61,446 nt of DNA. Source: a virus. Lineage: Duplodnaviria; Caudoviricetes. The notes under the pieces were generated by a model. That model was not told the origin of the DNA. It ran no database searches and worked only from the letters and a program-made list of their open reading frames with translations. Made by a program: the position numbers and the translations under genes. Each line of letters begins with the position of its first letter. Positions within the stretch are counted from its first letter, which is position 1. The stretch lies in IMG/VR virus record IMGVR_UViG_3300036761_000480, positions 1 to 61,446 of that record; one strand, 5' to 3'. Positions 50,301 to 58,841 of this stretch are shown here, in pieces.

Positions 50301-52083
50301 ACCACATAACTCTACCACCATTTGGACCTCTTTCACAATATGGTAGATCATTATATGTAAACCCAGGTCTATTTGATGATTTCCAAGCTAGATTTTCAAT
50401 TGAGAACATATATTTTTTAGCAAAAAATCCACTACCTCCACTTTCAAGCTTATTTTTTTTATTATCAAAACCACCTTGTGATATATTTGTTGATCCATCA
50501 AATCCCGCATTTCCATTTGAATTTGGATATATGTTTAAATTCCATGGAGTTGATAAAATACTACTTTCAAATTTTCTTGAATTTGTGGTTTTTTTCATCG
50601 TATCGGAATTATTCATATATGATCTATCTTTTGTCCAAACTCGACAATATTCAACCCCACTCTCGGCTTTTGTAAATTTATCCACATATTTTACCGCAGA
50701 TCCTCTTGATATCATCATATCTCCTTCTCTAAAGATTCTACTGGTTTGGTCTATAACATTAGCAACATGTGAACGAGATGCCCCTCCATCGGTAGGCATT
50801 GTTTCAAGTATTAATTGAGTTTGTCCTAATATTGAATCTTCTCTAAATGGATAATTGGTTGATAGTGTTTCATTAAATAGTGAATTTTCTGAAGAGAATT
50901 CATTATTATTTTCTCCCAATTTATTTTTTGACTTGGAACTTATCCATGTTAATTTACCACCAATACCGCCGCCTTCTCCAATATTTTTCTTTCTCTGGAA
51001 TAATTCAGCTTGTACGGGATCAAATAATAAACTTAAATAATAGTTACTTCTAACAGGTCTATCATTAAAGTCGCCCATTGCATATCTTACATCATTACCC
51101 CTATCATCACCAATATACCCTTTTCCTTTCGGCGCCTCTAACCCCAACATATTTTTAAACCCTTCGGCAAATTGATCGACATAGTTATATAATTTTGATG
51201 TATTTTGCGATCTTGCTGTTGTAGTATAGTCTGGGGCATATGTCGAATATGAAAGATTATCAAATAATGTTGCTTTTTGTCTTTCTCCCATATATTCAAT
51301 GAATAAGTCAGACGGTTTTCTCGTTGTCGTCGGCCTTCTTTGAATTCCAAGCAATTGCCCCAATCCTCCTGTTATATCTTGATATATTCGACCAGCTTCG
51401 CTTGTTGCTGTTGGCCTAAAGTTAGTAGTAGGATTTTTTGGATCTGATAAATAATCACCAGGAATTTCAACCCACGGAAATTCAACACCGCCTACTGTTT
51501 GCAAGAAATCAATACCTTTACCAGGTAATGTGCTAGCAACCGTAATTCTGGAATTACTTTCAATTAATGGTTCTTTTCCTGTTATAATATTAATTGCTGT
51601 TGCTGTGTTTCCTTCCAATGCATCAATTAATCTAACTCTACCAACTGTTGTACGATATAAATTCTGTTGTAATCTTGCAAAAAATGGCCCTTCAGGATTT
51701 TCTTTAATATTCCATGCCGCAAATTTCATTAATTCCGATTCAGTTTCATAACTTGATGTCGCCATAATACTAATAAAACTATGATACTGACCATTTACAA
51801 AATACGGATATAAATTAAGATTGGCCTTTCTCGGAATAGTCTCAAGATTCTCGGTTATGGAATATTCTGTTGGCTTAAATACATTTGAAGTCTGTGGTTG
51901 TAATAAATCCGCTGATCTATTAGTATCTACGGCACCGGGATCAACATTTGCCATATCATTTGTACTTTGAACAATATAAGTCGCGCTCGTAAATGTCTGA
52001 GGGCCGTTTGGAACATTTAACGTCTTGGCTATAATAAAATCTCTGAATTGCTTAGTTGAATCAAAATCTATATAACTTGGCAT
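47323..52083 (-). CDS. Baseplate/tail-tube-initiator-like protein with internal OmpA-like domain
   Basis: WFPPYDLKVTE..WEENIFLGRPEPVYTYQNTSRSGTISF and PPILVMRIGDFY (tube-like); STSP..YNLELSYRRSDSI (OmpA-like). Confidence 0.7.
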   Translation of the reverse strand: MPSYIDFDSTKQFRDFIIAKTLNVPNGPQTFTSATYIVQSTNDMANVDPGAVDTNRSADLLQPQTSNVFKPTEYSITENLETIPRKANLNLYPYFVNGQYHSFISIMATSSYETESELMKFAAWNIKENPEGPFFARLQQNLYRTTVGRVRLIDALEGNTATAINIITGKEPLIESNSRITVASTLPGKGIDFLQTVGGVEFPWVEIPGDYLSDPKNPTTNFRPTATSEAGRIYQDITGGLGQLLGIQRRPTTTRKPSDLFIEYMGERQKATLFDNLSYSTYAPDYTTTARSQNTSKLYNYVDQFAEGFKNMLGLEAPKGKGYIGDDRGNDVRYAMGDFNDRPVRSNYYLSLLFDPVQAELFQRKKNIGEGGGIGGKLTWISSKSKNKLGENNNEFSSENSLFNETLSTNYPFREDSILGQTQLILETMPTDGGASRSHVANVIDQTSRIFREGDMMISRGSAVKYVDKFTKAESGVEYCRVWTKDRSYMNNSDTMKKTTNSRKFESSILSTPWNLNIYPNSNGNAGFDGSTNISQGGFDNKKNKLESGGSGFFAKKYMFSIENLAWKSSNRPGFTYNDLPYCERGPNGGRVMWFPPYDLKVTEQNSAKWEENIFLGRPEPVYTYQNTSRSGTISFKVIVDHPSILNLLVKNHFKNMSDEESDNYINAFFAGCIDVDFYGLIRKYTTLTPVDVEAIRAYLNQNKDPETVKRYIPIFDPMPDPVVPTNAPMASSFSTVLKFHNDVPDGNSHSLYSSDDYQKLYDSYIYSKDQYLDNLNTGLTTLTNDGWTPNKRTDYKILTSVDSPNKPTIDDPLAYSTLVTEINKKANDGFNRLITEYSNFNNKLADLKDNLGNKNVKEINVTIKSSTSPVADSKYNLELSYRRSDSIIKDILKKLSKDGDGGTAKVIWGTSTVSVAESQRKEGPITVSFSDLGYKGQNGVFTLQYVNNTGESGKSTEGIDCSDVNLPIIPELKITAPVAFACREAEVEMAYTLQSPDTPVVETPVRKPKLVEVTDSPDTGANKTPPIDEMKVIIMKTLSECFYFKKLEEESPVQFSSLKEKLRYFHPAFHSMTPEGLNTRLTFLHQCVRPGDTLPIKGLSDQSDLNARNTTFGPPPILVMRIGDFYHSKIIVRDYNVEFEQNIWDLNPEGIGVQPMIANVTLQVSFIGGHGLEKPVEQLQNALSSNFYANTEMYDPRSTATEDRSKYTKEFLEGLLADYKEKPNPDSQEVPPTETKITEGTYIGILGMLSAVPPVIKTLTYDGLVDDLFQSTKDYFSNFQTSYTGITKEYDTKVSSMILSPTYRIINEYDVQIGGGSTDTIELLGNYKSNNELEMLARDFQVKLEDKITTENISIIFEFNKEMTSGQLDKSERILKPKIKELIGKIIDGIIGNSDVKNIEANRNRVIVALDKLNFIVGTLYDGKISMKDKTYIAASLTGFTYDKLYNIYSNVIDFIKENQSKFSEDLDESYVFSRNTIMSANDFSYFLSVLLKGYKTDILDIYKKDPVFEKLIGSIEKRINRFMASDPKEKNFRIKKYPIRKNNNKLTFTIGDETDGFSDGEKTMLENVHRTSGNKTKSVLNYFR

Positions 52084-52126
52084 TGTATTCTTTTAAATAT
52101 AAATACAACTTAGATAAAAATATTAA

Positions 52127-54502
52127 TTATGTGACTGGCTGAATCGGGCTGGTAAATTCCCTAGGGTCAATAAAATTTCCGGGCGCTCTAAAAATCATCC
52201 TGCTAAATTCATCTACCACGGCGCTAGTGCTAGCAATATGATAAAAAACGTCTATTTTTTTTCTAATTTCATTAGATTCTTTTGACTTTGTTCCTTCTGA
52301 TTTTTCATCACCCTTCTTTTTAATATTTGATTCTGCCATATATGGGGATTTAATATTTCCACTTTGCAAATTACTAGTAACAGGGGGTTTCACTGTTCCA
52401 GTCTGTATAGCATTCATAGGCTTAGTTGCAAGGAGTTTGGTTTCTCCTTTCTGTATTGTTACTGCGGGCTTAATTATAACAGGGGGAATAGTCGTCTGAG
52501 TTGTCTTTTCTGATTTTTTAGGTTTATTTTCTCCACTTTGTGTGGCGCCTATAGGCGTAATTACATTTTTTTTGTTTTCTTTCTCTTCTTTAGTCGTCTC
52601 TGATTTTTTGTTAGCTTCATTTGTAATTTCTGCTCTCGTCATATTTGGGGGTTGAACATTTTCATCTCGTAATGGAACTTTGATAGGACCATTATAACCC
52701 ATAAGTATACCTCCTGCATATACAGGTTCCCGCCCATGTTCTCTTCTTACTTTATTACTGGGAGTCTCTTCTTCTGATGGATTTGCGGGGTTAACTTCTC
52801 CTTTTTGTATATTACCTTGTTTTAATCCTTCAATAAATGGTTGTACAACATTATCAACGCCTGTTTGAACTTCATCAAGTTTTCCACCAATACTGTCTCT
52901 TATTAATTTCATTTCATTAGTGGCTATATCTTTATCATAACCGACAGCTGTTTCTATTGCCTCCCCTAATTCTTTTCCTATTCCGATCCTAATGGTTGCT
53001 CTAATAAAAGAAAGATCTCTATCCATATTTTGTAAAAGACTAACTTGTGCTCTTGCATAATCTTCACTCGTCATCTTTTTAAATGCGTCTCTTTGTTCTA
53101 ATAATGTTTTTGCTTGTTCAGCTGTCATAGATTCTAAAGCTACCGCCGTATTATCTACAGAACCAGTTATTTGCTTTCTTAAATCTGGAGGAACTTCAAT
53201 AACCATTTTACCATCCTTCATTTGAGCTAAATTGGTTAAAAATTCCCTATCTTTACTATCCATAATAAGTCCCGTAGACATTAAATCAGATGCTGCGGTT
53301 GTTCTTTCCATTGCGGCAACAGCTCCCGTTGTTAATTCCTGTAAGCTCATACCAAATTGATCCGCCATTTCCTTAGCTCTTCTAAGATTAGCCCCTGTTA
53401 CTTCGAAACGCCCCTGTTCTCGATTAAATGTAACCACTGACTTAGCTGCTCCAATTAGTGCATCCTGTAACCCTTCAACATTATTAGTTGCCATATACAT
53501 TAACTTAATTGGGTCATTTAAATCTCCAAACGCCCCGCCTATCATCTGTAAATTTGCTACAACGCCTAAAGCTTGTTCTGGCGACCACACTTTTTCGGCA
53601 AAATCAAATACCTTTTTCATTTCCATCCTAAATTCAACCGATTTTTGAACCATACTATTTAAACCGGCCATTCCATTTTTAAACCCATATGAATTAATGT
53701 ATTTTAAATTTTCATCAATCATTTTTGTTGTCGTCTTAGCGTTTAATCCCACTTCTAACGCACTATGTCCAGCTTTGTCAATCTCTCTTGACATATCACT
53801 AACCCCTAGCCCAATTTTTTCAAAATCTTTTCCCATCGCTCCTAATGCCGACATATTCTCAGTAAAAACGCTAGCAAGTTCCATTTGTTTAATCGTGCCT
53901 TCACCAAGTAATTTAAATTTCCCAGACTCTCCGACTAACCCAGTAACAGAATCTCTTAATTCTTCAAAACTAATTCCTAATGATACTGCAGCTGGTGACG
54001 CTGCTATAATTTCTTCTCGGAAACCTTTTGATAACTTACCAACCATTCCCGTATTTTTACTCATACTCTCTAAAAGGTCATTTTGTTGTTGTAAATGTAA
54101 TTCAACTTCATCAACAAGAATTTTACCCACTTCAATAATAGAATTCTTCCAACCTCTAAATTTACCCGAAGAATCAAAAAATGTACTGAGACCTTTTTGA
54201 ACACTTTGAAATTCACCAGCGTCGCCAGCTTCACCTCTAATTTGGGTTTTTAATAATCTATCAACTATTCCAGTGCCTCTGGTTGAACTTCCATATTGAT
54301 TTCCACCACTGCCTCTATCAGATGTGGTTCTATCGGTTAATCCTTTATTAAATGATCCTTTATGACTAAGATATGCTCCATATTGTGTGTTAATAAGAGG
54401 TCCATCATTATCCCCATGTGGCAACTTTTGGTCTACCCATTCAGTTACAAACTCGTTATAACCTGTTTTAGCTGCCGCTTGTAATCTTACATCATCTGCC
54501 AT
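52127..54502 (-). CDS. Tape measure protein (putative)
   Basis: Helical Ala/Gly/Met-rich sequence; canonical position after tube and chaperone. Confidence 0.7.
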   Translation of the reverse strand: MADDVRLQAAAKTGYNEFVTEWVDQKLPHGDNDGPLINTQYGAYLSHKGSFNKGLTDRTTSDRGSGGNQYGSSTRGTGIVDRLLKTQIRGEAGDAGEFQSVQKGLSTFFDSSGKFRGWKNSIIEVGKILVDEVELHLQQQNDLLESMSKNTGMVGKLSKGFREEIIAASPAAVSLGISFEELRDSVTGLVGESGKFKLLGEGTIKQMELASVFTENMSALGAMGKDFEKIGLGVSDMSREIDKAGHSALEVGLNAKTTTKMIDENLKYINSYGFKNGMAGLNSMVQKSVEFRMEMKKVFDFAEKVWSPEQALGVVANLQMIGGAFGDLNDPIKLMYMATNNVEGLQDALIGAAKSVVTFNREQGRFEVTGANLRRAKEMADQFGMSLQELTTGAVAAMERTTAASDLMSTGLIMDSKDREFLTNLAQMKDGKMVIEVPPDLRKQITGSVDNTAVALESMTAEQAKTLLEQRDAFKKMTSEDYARAQVSLLQNMDRDLSFIRATIRIGIGKELGEAIETAVGYDKDIATNEMKLIRDSIGGKLDEVQTGVDNVVQPFIEGLKQGNIQKGEVNPANPSEEETPSNKVRREHGREPVYAGGILMGYNGPIKVPLRDENVQPPNMTRAEITNEANKKSETTKEEKENKKNVITPIGATQSGENKPKKSEKTTQTTIPPVIIKPAVTIQKGETKLLATKPMNAIQTGTVKPPVTSNLQSGNIKSPYMAESNIKKKGDEKSEGTKSKESNEIRKKIDVFYHIASTSAVVDEFSRMIFRAPGNFIDPREFTSPIQPVT

Positions 54503-54521
54503 GCTAATAAATACCCTATTT

Positions 54522-54674
54522 TTAATTTTCGCTTTCTAATTCTTGTATATAACCAACAAAGTATCGTCTTAAATATATGGGCATAGAAATGATATCAGAA
54601 TATGAAAATTTTCTGTTGATTAAAAATAATATTTCATCTAGTTGTCTCTTTTTATAGTCCGTAGAAAGGTCGAA
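54522..54674 (-). CDS. Probable frameshift extension of the tail assembly chaperone (gp51/GT-like, about 50 aa)
   Basis: +1 frame after GAA TTT TTT CGA reads FDLSTDYKKRQLDEILFLINRKFSYSDIISMPIYLRRYFVGYIQELESEN-stop and fills the gap to the tape measure gene; no ATG until MPIYL. Confidence 0.65.
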   Translation of the reverse strand, partial: FDLSTDYKKRQLDEILFLINRKFSYSDIISMPIYLRRYFVGYIQELESEN

Positions 54675-55404
54675 AAAATTCCGCCCCAAATCCAACTTCG
54701 ACTTGGATCATCTCCTTTGAGGGGGTTTCTACTGTTTGAATTAAATCTAATTTGGGTCTATGATCGTTAACATATTTTTTAAAATCATGCGAATCTGATA
54801 TTGGCATTTTACTTTCAATAAAATTATGTATTTCCATAAGGTCTCTATTCCCATTAATAGATTTTATCATCATTTCAAGCCGTTTTGTAATTACGGGAGC
54901 AACACTCTGACCATTCCAACTGGTTTTTATTTTCTCAATTTCATCTTCTTGTTTTTGCGTTAAAAATTTAAACGTAATATTAATTCCGCTTTTTTTCAAA
55001 AAAAACGGATATTCACCATTTGAATCTTCAACTAATGTGAAATCTTCCATTTTTACTACAGATAAATCTAAAACAATTGAAAATTTTTCATTTGTTTTTG
55101 GATCAATTAATGTCATATTATACTCGGATCCAAATGCAGTATTTCTTAAAAATATTAATATTGCCCGTTTATCTTCTTCAACAATGTCCTCAAATAATAA
55201 ATCCTTATCTAATATTTTTCTTTTTAATAATTCAGCAACAACGCCACTAGACGCTATTAAATTTGGTGACGATAAAATATTTTCATCTGCGGCAGTTAAA
55301 TACGCTACTCTAACAGATTTTTTCTTATTGGCATAATATATACCTCTACTTGGTAATTCAACAACATCGTATGCAATTGTTGGATCGATTTTAAACTCTT
55401 CCAT
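54652..55404 (-). CDS. Baseplate hub assembly / tail assembly chaperone (T4 gp26-like)
   Basis: VELPSRG.YY, YLTAADENIL, DKRAILIFLRNTAFGSEY, ends GAEFFRP; lies between tube and tape measure. Confidence 0.8.
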   Translation of the reverse strand: MEEFKIDPTIAYDVVELPSRGIYYANKKKSVRVAYLTAADENILSSPNLIASSGVVAELLKRKILDKDLLFEDIVEEDKRAILIFLRNTAFGSEYNMTLIDPKTNEKFSIVLDLSVVKMEDFTLVEDSNGEYPFFLKKSGINITFKFLTQKQEDEIEKIKTSWNGQSVAPVITKRLEMMIKSINGNRDLMEIHNFIESKMPISDSHDFKKYVNDHRPKLDLIQTVETPSKEMIQVEVGFGAEFFRPFYGL

Positions 55405-55460
55405 GTCTTTTTATTTTATTATAAGTATTATACGTAAAAATTTTATTAAAATATATAGAA

Positions 55461-56348
55461 CTACAATAATTTTAATTTTAAATCGGATATTATCCATTCT
55501 GGCCTTTCATTAATATCTTTTTCCCAATATCGTAATAACTCTATGTTTTTATTTTTACATATTTCATTTTTAACTGCATCATTATTTACAGTTAATATTT
55601 GTGTTTGATATTTTGGAAAGTTATGAGTCGAATTTGGATTACAATGATAAAAATCTCCATCAACTTCAATTAGTATGTTTTTTTCTGGAATATAAAAGTC
55701 AAAAAACTTTTTTTCAAACTCATATTGAAATTCGTTTTTAACTCCAATAAGTTTTAATATATTTTCGAATTTTCTTTCAAGTTTTGTTTTCTTTTTTTTA
55801 CCATATCTTTTTAACCATTTAATTCGTTTCTCTCTCAGATTTTTTACAATAGACGGATCATTTTTATACCTCACTTTTTGCGTATTTGAACAATTAATTT
55901 TAGATTCTTCTGTTTTTGGAACGCCAGTTAGACTATTTGATATTTTTTTACCTCTTTCTTTGTTATTTCTTAATTTATCCTTTATTCCTTCTATTTTTTG
56001 ACGAGTTTCTTCATCATCTTTCTCCCACCATCCTACATATTTTCCAGCTTTCCAATTCTTTTTTTGAGTTTCGATTGCTTTTTGATGCGTTTCTGGGTTT
56101 TTTTGAAAATTATTTTTACCTGGAACTCTATTATGATGTGATTGTATAAATCTACGAAATCCCTTTCCTGTTGAAATAAATGGAGCATCTTTCCCACATC
56201 CACATTGACACTTTGGCGTTATTCCATTCAAAATATAATTAACATAAATTAAATTATTGCTTAATTTATGTTTTGATGATGAATGCCTTAATAATCCTAA
56301 AAAAGAAGTAAATTCTTTTTGACAAACACTACAAATAAAAATTTCCAT
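55461..56348 (-). CDS. Homing endonuclease: C2H2 Zn finger, CxCGCG motif, NUMOD3-like region, Vsr/DUF559-like nuclease
   Basis: CSVC..H...H; CQCGCG; FDFYIPEKNILIEVDGDFYH..NDAVK..LLRYWE. Confidence 0.85.
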   Translation of the reverse strand: MEIFICSVCQKEFTSFLGLLRHSSSKHKLSNNLIYVNYILNGITPKCQCGCGKDAPFISTGKGFRRFIQSHHNRVPGKNNFQKNPETHQKAIETQKKNWKAGKYVGWWEKDDEETRQKIEGIKDKLRNNKERGKKISNSLTGVPKTEESKINCSNTQKVRYKNDPSIVKNLREKRIKWLKRYGKKKKTKLERKFENILKLIGVKNEFQYEFEKKFFDFYIPEKNILIEVDGDFYHCNPNSTHNFPKYQTQILTVNNDAVKNEICKNKNIELLRYWEKDINERPEWIISDLKLKLL

Positions 56349-56451
56349 ATAATTATGTTTTAAATAAATATATGAAAATTAATTTACAAAGTAAATGGAT
56401 AGATGCGTTTTCTTTTATAAAAATTATAACTATCTGATTATCAATGATTTT

Positions 56452-56940
56452 TCAATATACAAGTATACAACGATCCATACGAAGAGAAACATTAATATCG
56501 GCTAGTTTATCATCAACATAGTCCAAACTTCCGAAGTCCAAACTTGTAAGGAATGTGCCTTGAAGAATCCATTTTTCAACTACAACTCCTGTTGGGTCAA
56601 GCATTTCTAACTCAATATCTTTCTTATATCCGGAACTGTAACCCATTCTCCCTGTGACACTTTCAGCGTGTAATCTAAACCATTCCATTAGAGCCTGAGA
56701 AGCTGACGGTCCAATCGGGTCTTTAAACGTTACTTTAAGTTCTTCCCAAACGAATCTACCAGCAACATATGTTGATGTGTTCAGAAAAGGAATTTCTGTT
56801 GAGGCTATTTTAGCATTCGGCCTAGCCGCAGTTGTTACATACCATTCATTTATTCCTAAACTTGATGGAAATCTTAGAATAAATCGGTTTTTTCTCTTCG
56901 GTTCATAAGGAACCGGCATTTTCATTAGTAAATCTGCCAT
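56452..56940 (-). CDS. Tail tube protein (T4 gp19-like)
   Basis: YEPKRKNRFILRF..YVAGRFVWEEL..YKKDIELEMLDPTGVVVEKWILQG; downstream of sheath. Confidence 0.9.
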   Translation of the reverse strand: MADLLMKMPVPYEPKRKNRFILRFPSSLGINEWYVTTAARPNAKIASTEIPFLNTSTYVAGRFVWEELKVTFKDPIGPSASQALMEWFRLHAESVTGRMGYSSGYKKDIELEMLDPTGVVVEKWILQGTFLTSLDFGSLDYVDDKLADINVSLRMDRCILVY

Positions 56941-56948
56941 AATTTTCG

Positions 56949-56971
56949 TATATTTATATATTGATAAATAT
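56949..56971. promoter_or_regulatory. Inverted pair of TATTTAT motifs (candidate overlapping divergent late promoters)
   Basis: ATATTTAT-atattg-ATAAATAT in the 31-bp gap between divergent genes. Confidence 0.55.
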
Positions 56972-58534
56972 ATGACTATGGAAAAAAGTAAAAAAGAATT
57001 AAAAATTTTTTTATTAGAGAATAATAAAAGTGGATATAAAACAAAAGAAAAATATATTAATACTAATTTTTCAATATTTTTTTCAAATTTAAAATCTTTT
57101 ATTGTAAAAAATAAATTAGAAAGAGTTCAATTTAAAGAACAATTATTTTCATATCTACATGATATAAAAAAAATTCCACAATGTCCAATATGTAGAAAAC
57201 CATTAATTTTTAAAAAATCATTTAAGGAAGGCTACGGAACATATTGTTCTGTTAATTGTGCTAACAAATCAGAAAAACATATTAATAATATTAAATGGAC
57301 AAATATCAAAAAATATGGGGGAGTTTCACCTGCTAATTCTCCTGATATAAGAAAAAAAATGTCAGATACTAATTTTAAAAATTATGGAGTCTTAAATTTT
57401 TTTGAGAAAAAAGATGTTATACAAAAAAAAATAAATGAGAAATATGGAAACCCAATTATAACAAAAACTAATCATTTTAAAAAAATAATGAAAGAAAAAT
57501 ACGAAAAAAAATATGAAAATGAAAAAATAATAAAAAATGATAGTGATATTATATATTATTGTAAAACTTGTGGAGAATCTTCAACTCATGAATATAATTC
57601 ATTTAACTATAGACAAAGAAATAATATTTCACTATGCAAAATATGCGTTCCGCCATATCAATCTATGATTGAAAAAGAGCTGGAAAATTTTTTAGTTGAA
57701 AATGAATATGATTTTAAAAGGCATGACAGAATTACAATTACTCCTAAAGAAATTGATTTTTTTATAACAGATAAAAAAATTGGAATAGAATTAAATGGAT
57801 TATACTATCATAGTGAAAAATTCATACCAGATAAAAATTACCATAGAAATAAATGGATATCTTCTCAAGAAGAAGGAATTCATTTATTTCAAATATGGGA
57901 AGATGAATGGAAATTTAAAAAAGAAATTGTTCAGAATATAATAAAAAACAGAATATCTGGAACTAATAACAAAATATGGGGAAGGAAATGTGAAATAAAA
58001 ATAATTGATAATAATACCTATAGATTTTTTGTCGAAAAATATCATATACAAGGATACGCCCCAGCAAAAATTAGGATAGGATTATTCTTTAAAAATGAAC
58101 TGATACAAATAATGTCATTTTCGGGCAATAGAAAATCAATGGGTAGTACAAAAAAAGAAGGAGAATATGAAATGATAAGATTATGTACAAAATTAGGAAT
58201 AAATGTAATTGGTGGATCTGAAAAAATACTATCTTATTTTGAAAAAACGTTTAAACCAATTAAAATTACTAGTTATTGTGATATTCGATATTTTACAGGA
58301 AAAACATATTATAAAATGGGATTTAACCTTAAAGAAATAACAAAACCAAATTATTTCTATTTAAAGTCTAACGAAGTTAAAAGGCATCAACGATTTAACT
58401 TCAGAAAAGATAAGTTAGTTAAAATGGGATTTTCGAAATTTAAGACAGAACATGAAATAATGAAAGAACTAGGATATTTAAGAATTTGGGATTGTGGTAA
58501 TAAAAAATTTATTAAAACTTACGAAAACATTTGA
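56972..58534 (+). CDS. Hef-like homing endonuclease (KYG repeats, PD-(D/E)xK nuclease, C-terminal GNAT/Mom-like domain)
   Basis: EIDFFI..IGIELNGLYYHSE; HIQGY..YEMIRLC..VIGGSEK..SYCDIRY..RIWDCG; the only credible plus-strand gene. Confidence 0.8.
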   Translation: MTMEKSKKELKIFLLENNKSGYKTKEKYINTNFSIFFSNLKSFIVKNKLERVQFKEQLFSYLHDIKKIPQCPICRKPLIFKKSFKEGYGTYCSVNCANKSEKHINNIKWTNIKKYGGVSPANSPDIRKKMSDTNFKNYGVLNFFEKKDVIQKKINEKYGNPIITKTNHFKKIMKEKYEKKYENEKIIKNDSDIIYYCKTCGESSTHEYNSFNYRQRNNISLCKICVPPYQSMIEKELENFLVENEYDFKRHDRITITPKEIDFFITDKKIGIELNGLYYHSEKFIPDKNYHRNKWISSQEEGIHLFQIWEDEWKFKKEIVQNIIKNRISGTNNKIWGRKCEIKIIDNNTYRFFVEKYHIQGYAPAKIRIGLFFKNELIQIMSFSGNRKSMGSTKKEGEYEMIRLCTKLGINVIGGSEKILSYFEKTFKPIKITSYCDIRYFTGKTYYKMGFNLKEITKPNYFYLKSNEVKRHQRFNFRKDKLVKMGFSKFKTEHEIMKELGYLRIWDCGNKKFIKTYENI

Positions 58535-58621
58535 TTTCCTCATTTTTTATTCGTAAATTTTCTAATAGGTCCGATATTGACCCTTTTATTTTTTATTAAA
58601 AGTAAAAAATATTTTAATAAA

Positions 58622-58653
58622 TTTGACTTTTTCGAAAAAATTTTGTATATTTA
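58622..58653 (+). promoter_or_regulatory. Bacteroidota-type promoter pointing into a non-coding region
   Basis: TTTG-N20-TATATTTA. Confidence 0.55.
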
Positions 58654-58810
58654 TGGGCCCCCTCCGGTTCCAGAATAAGCGGATCCAGTAATAAAAGGCC
58701 CAAAATCCAGAATGATGTTATGATTGGCCCAATATATATAATCTCCAAAAAAATAAAAAAGCAATACTAGAATATATACTACTATAATACTGGACAAATT
58801 TTCGTCAAAT

Positions 58811-58837
58811 AAAAAAAGGTAGTTTCCTACCTTCTTT
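58811..58837. terminator. Hairpin terminator between convergent nuclease genes
   Basis: AAGGTAG-tttc-CTACCTT with A tract on the left and T-rich tract on the right. Confidence 0.6.
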
Positions 58838-58841
58838 AATT

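Noticed and set aside
58653-58691. 12-codon ORF MGPLRFQNKRIQ after the plus-strand promoter
   Set aside because: Too short, and its ATG overlaps the promoter box; no support as a gene.
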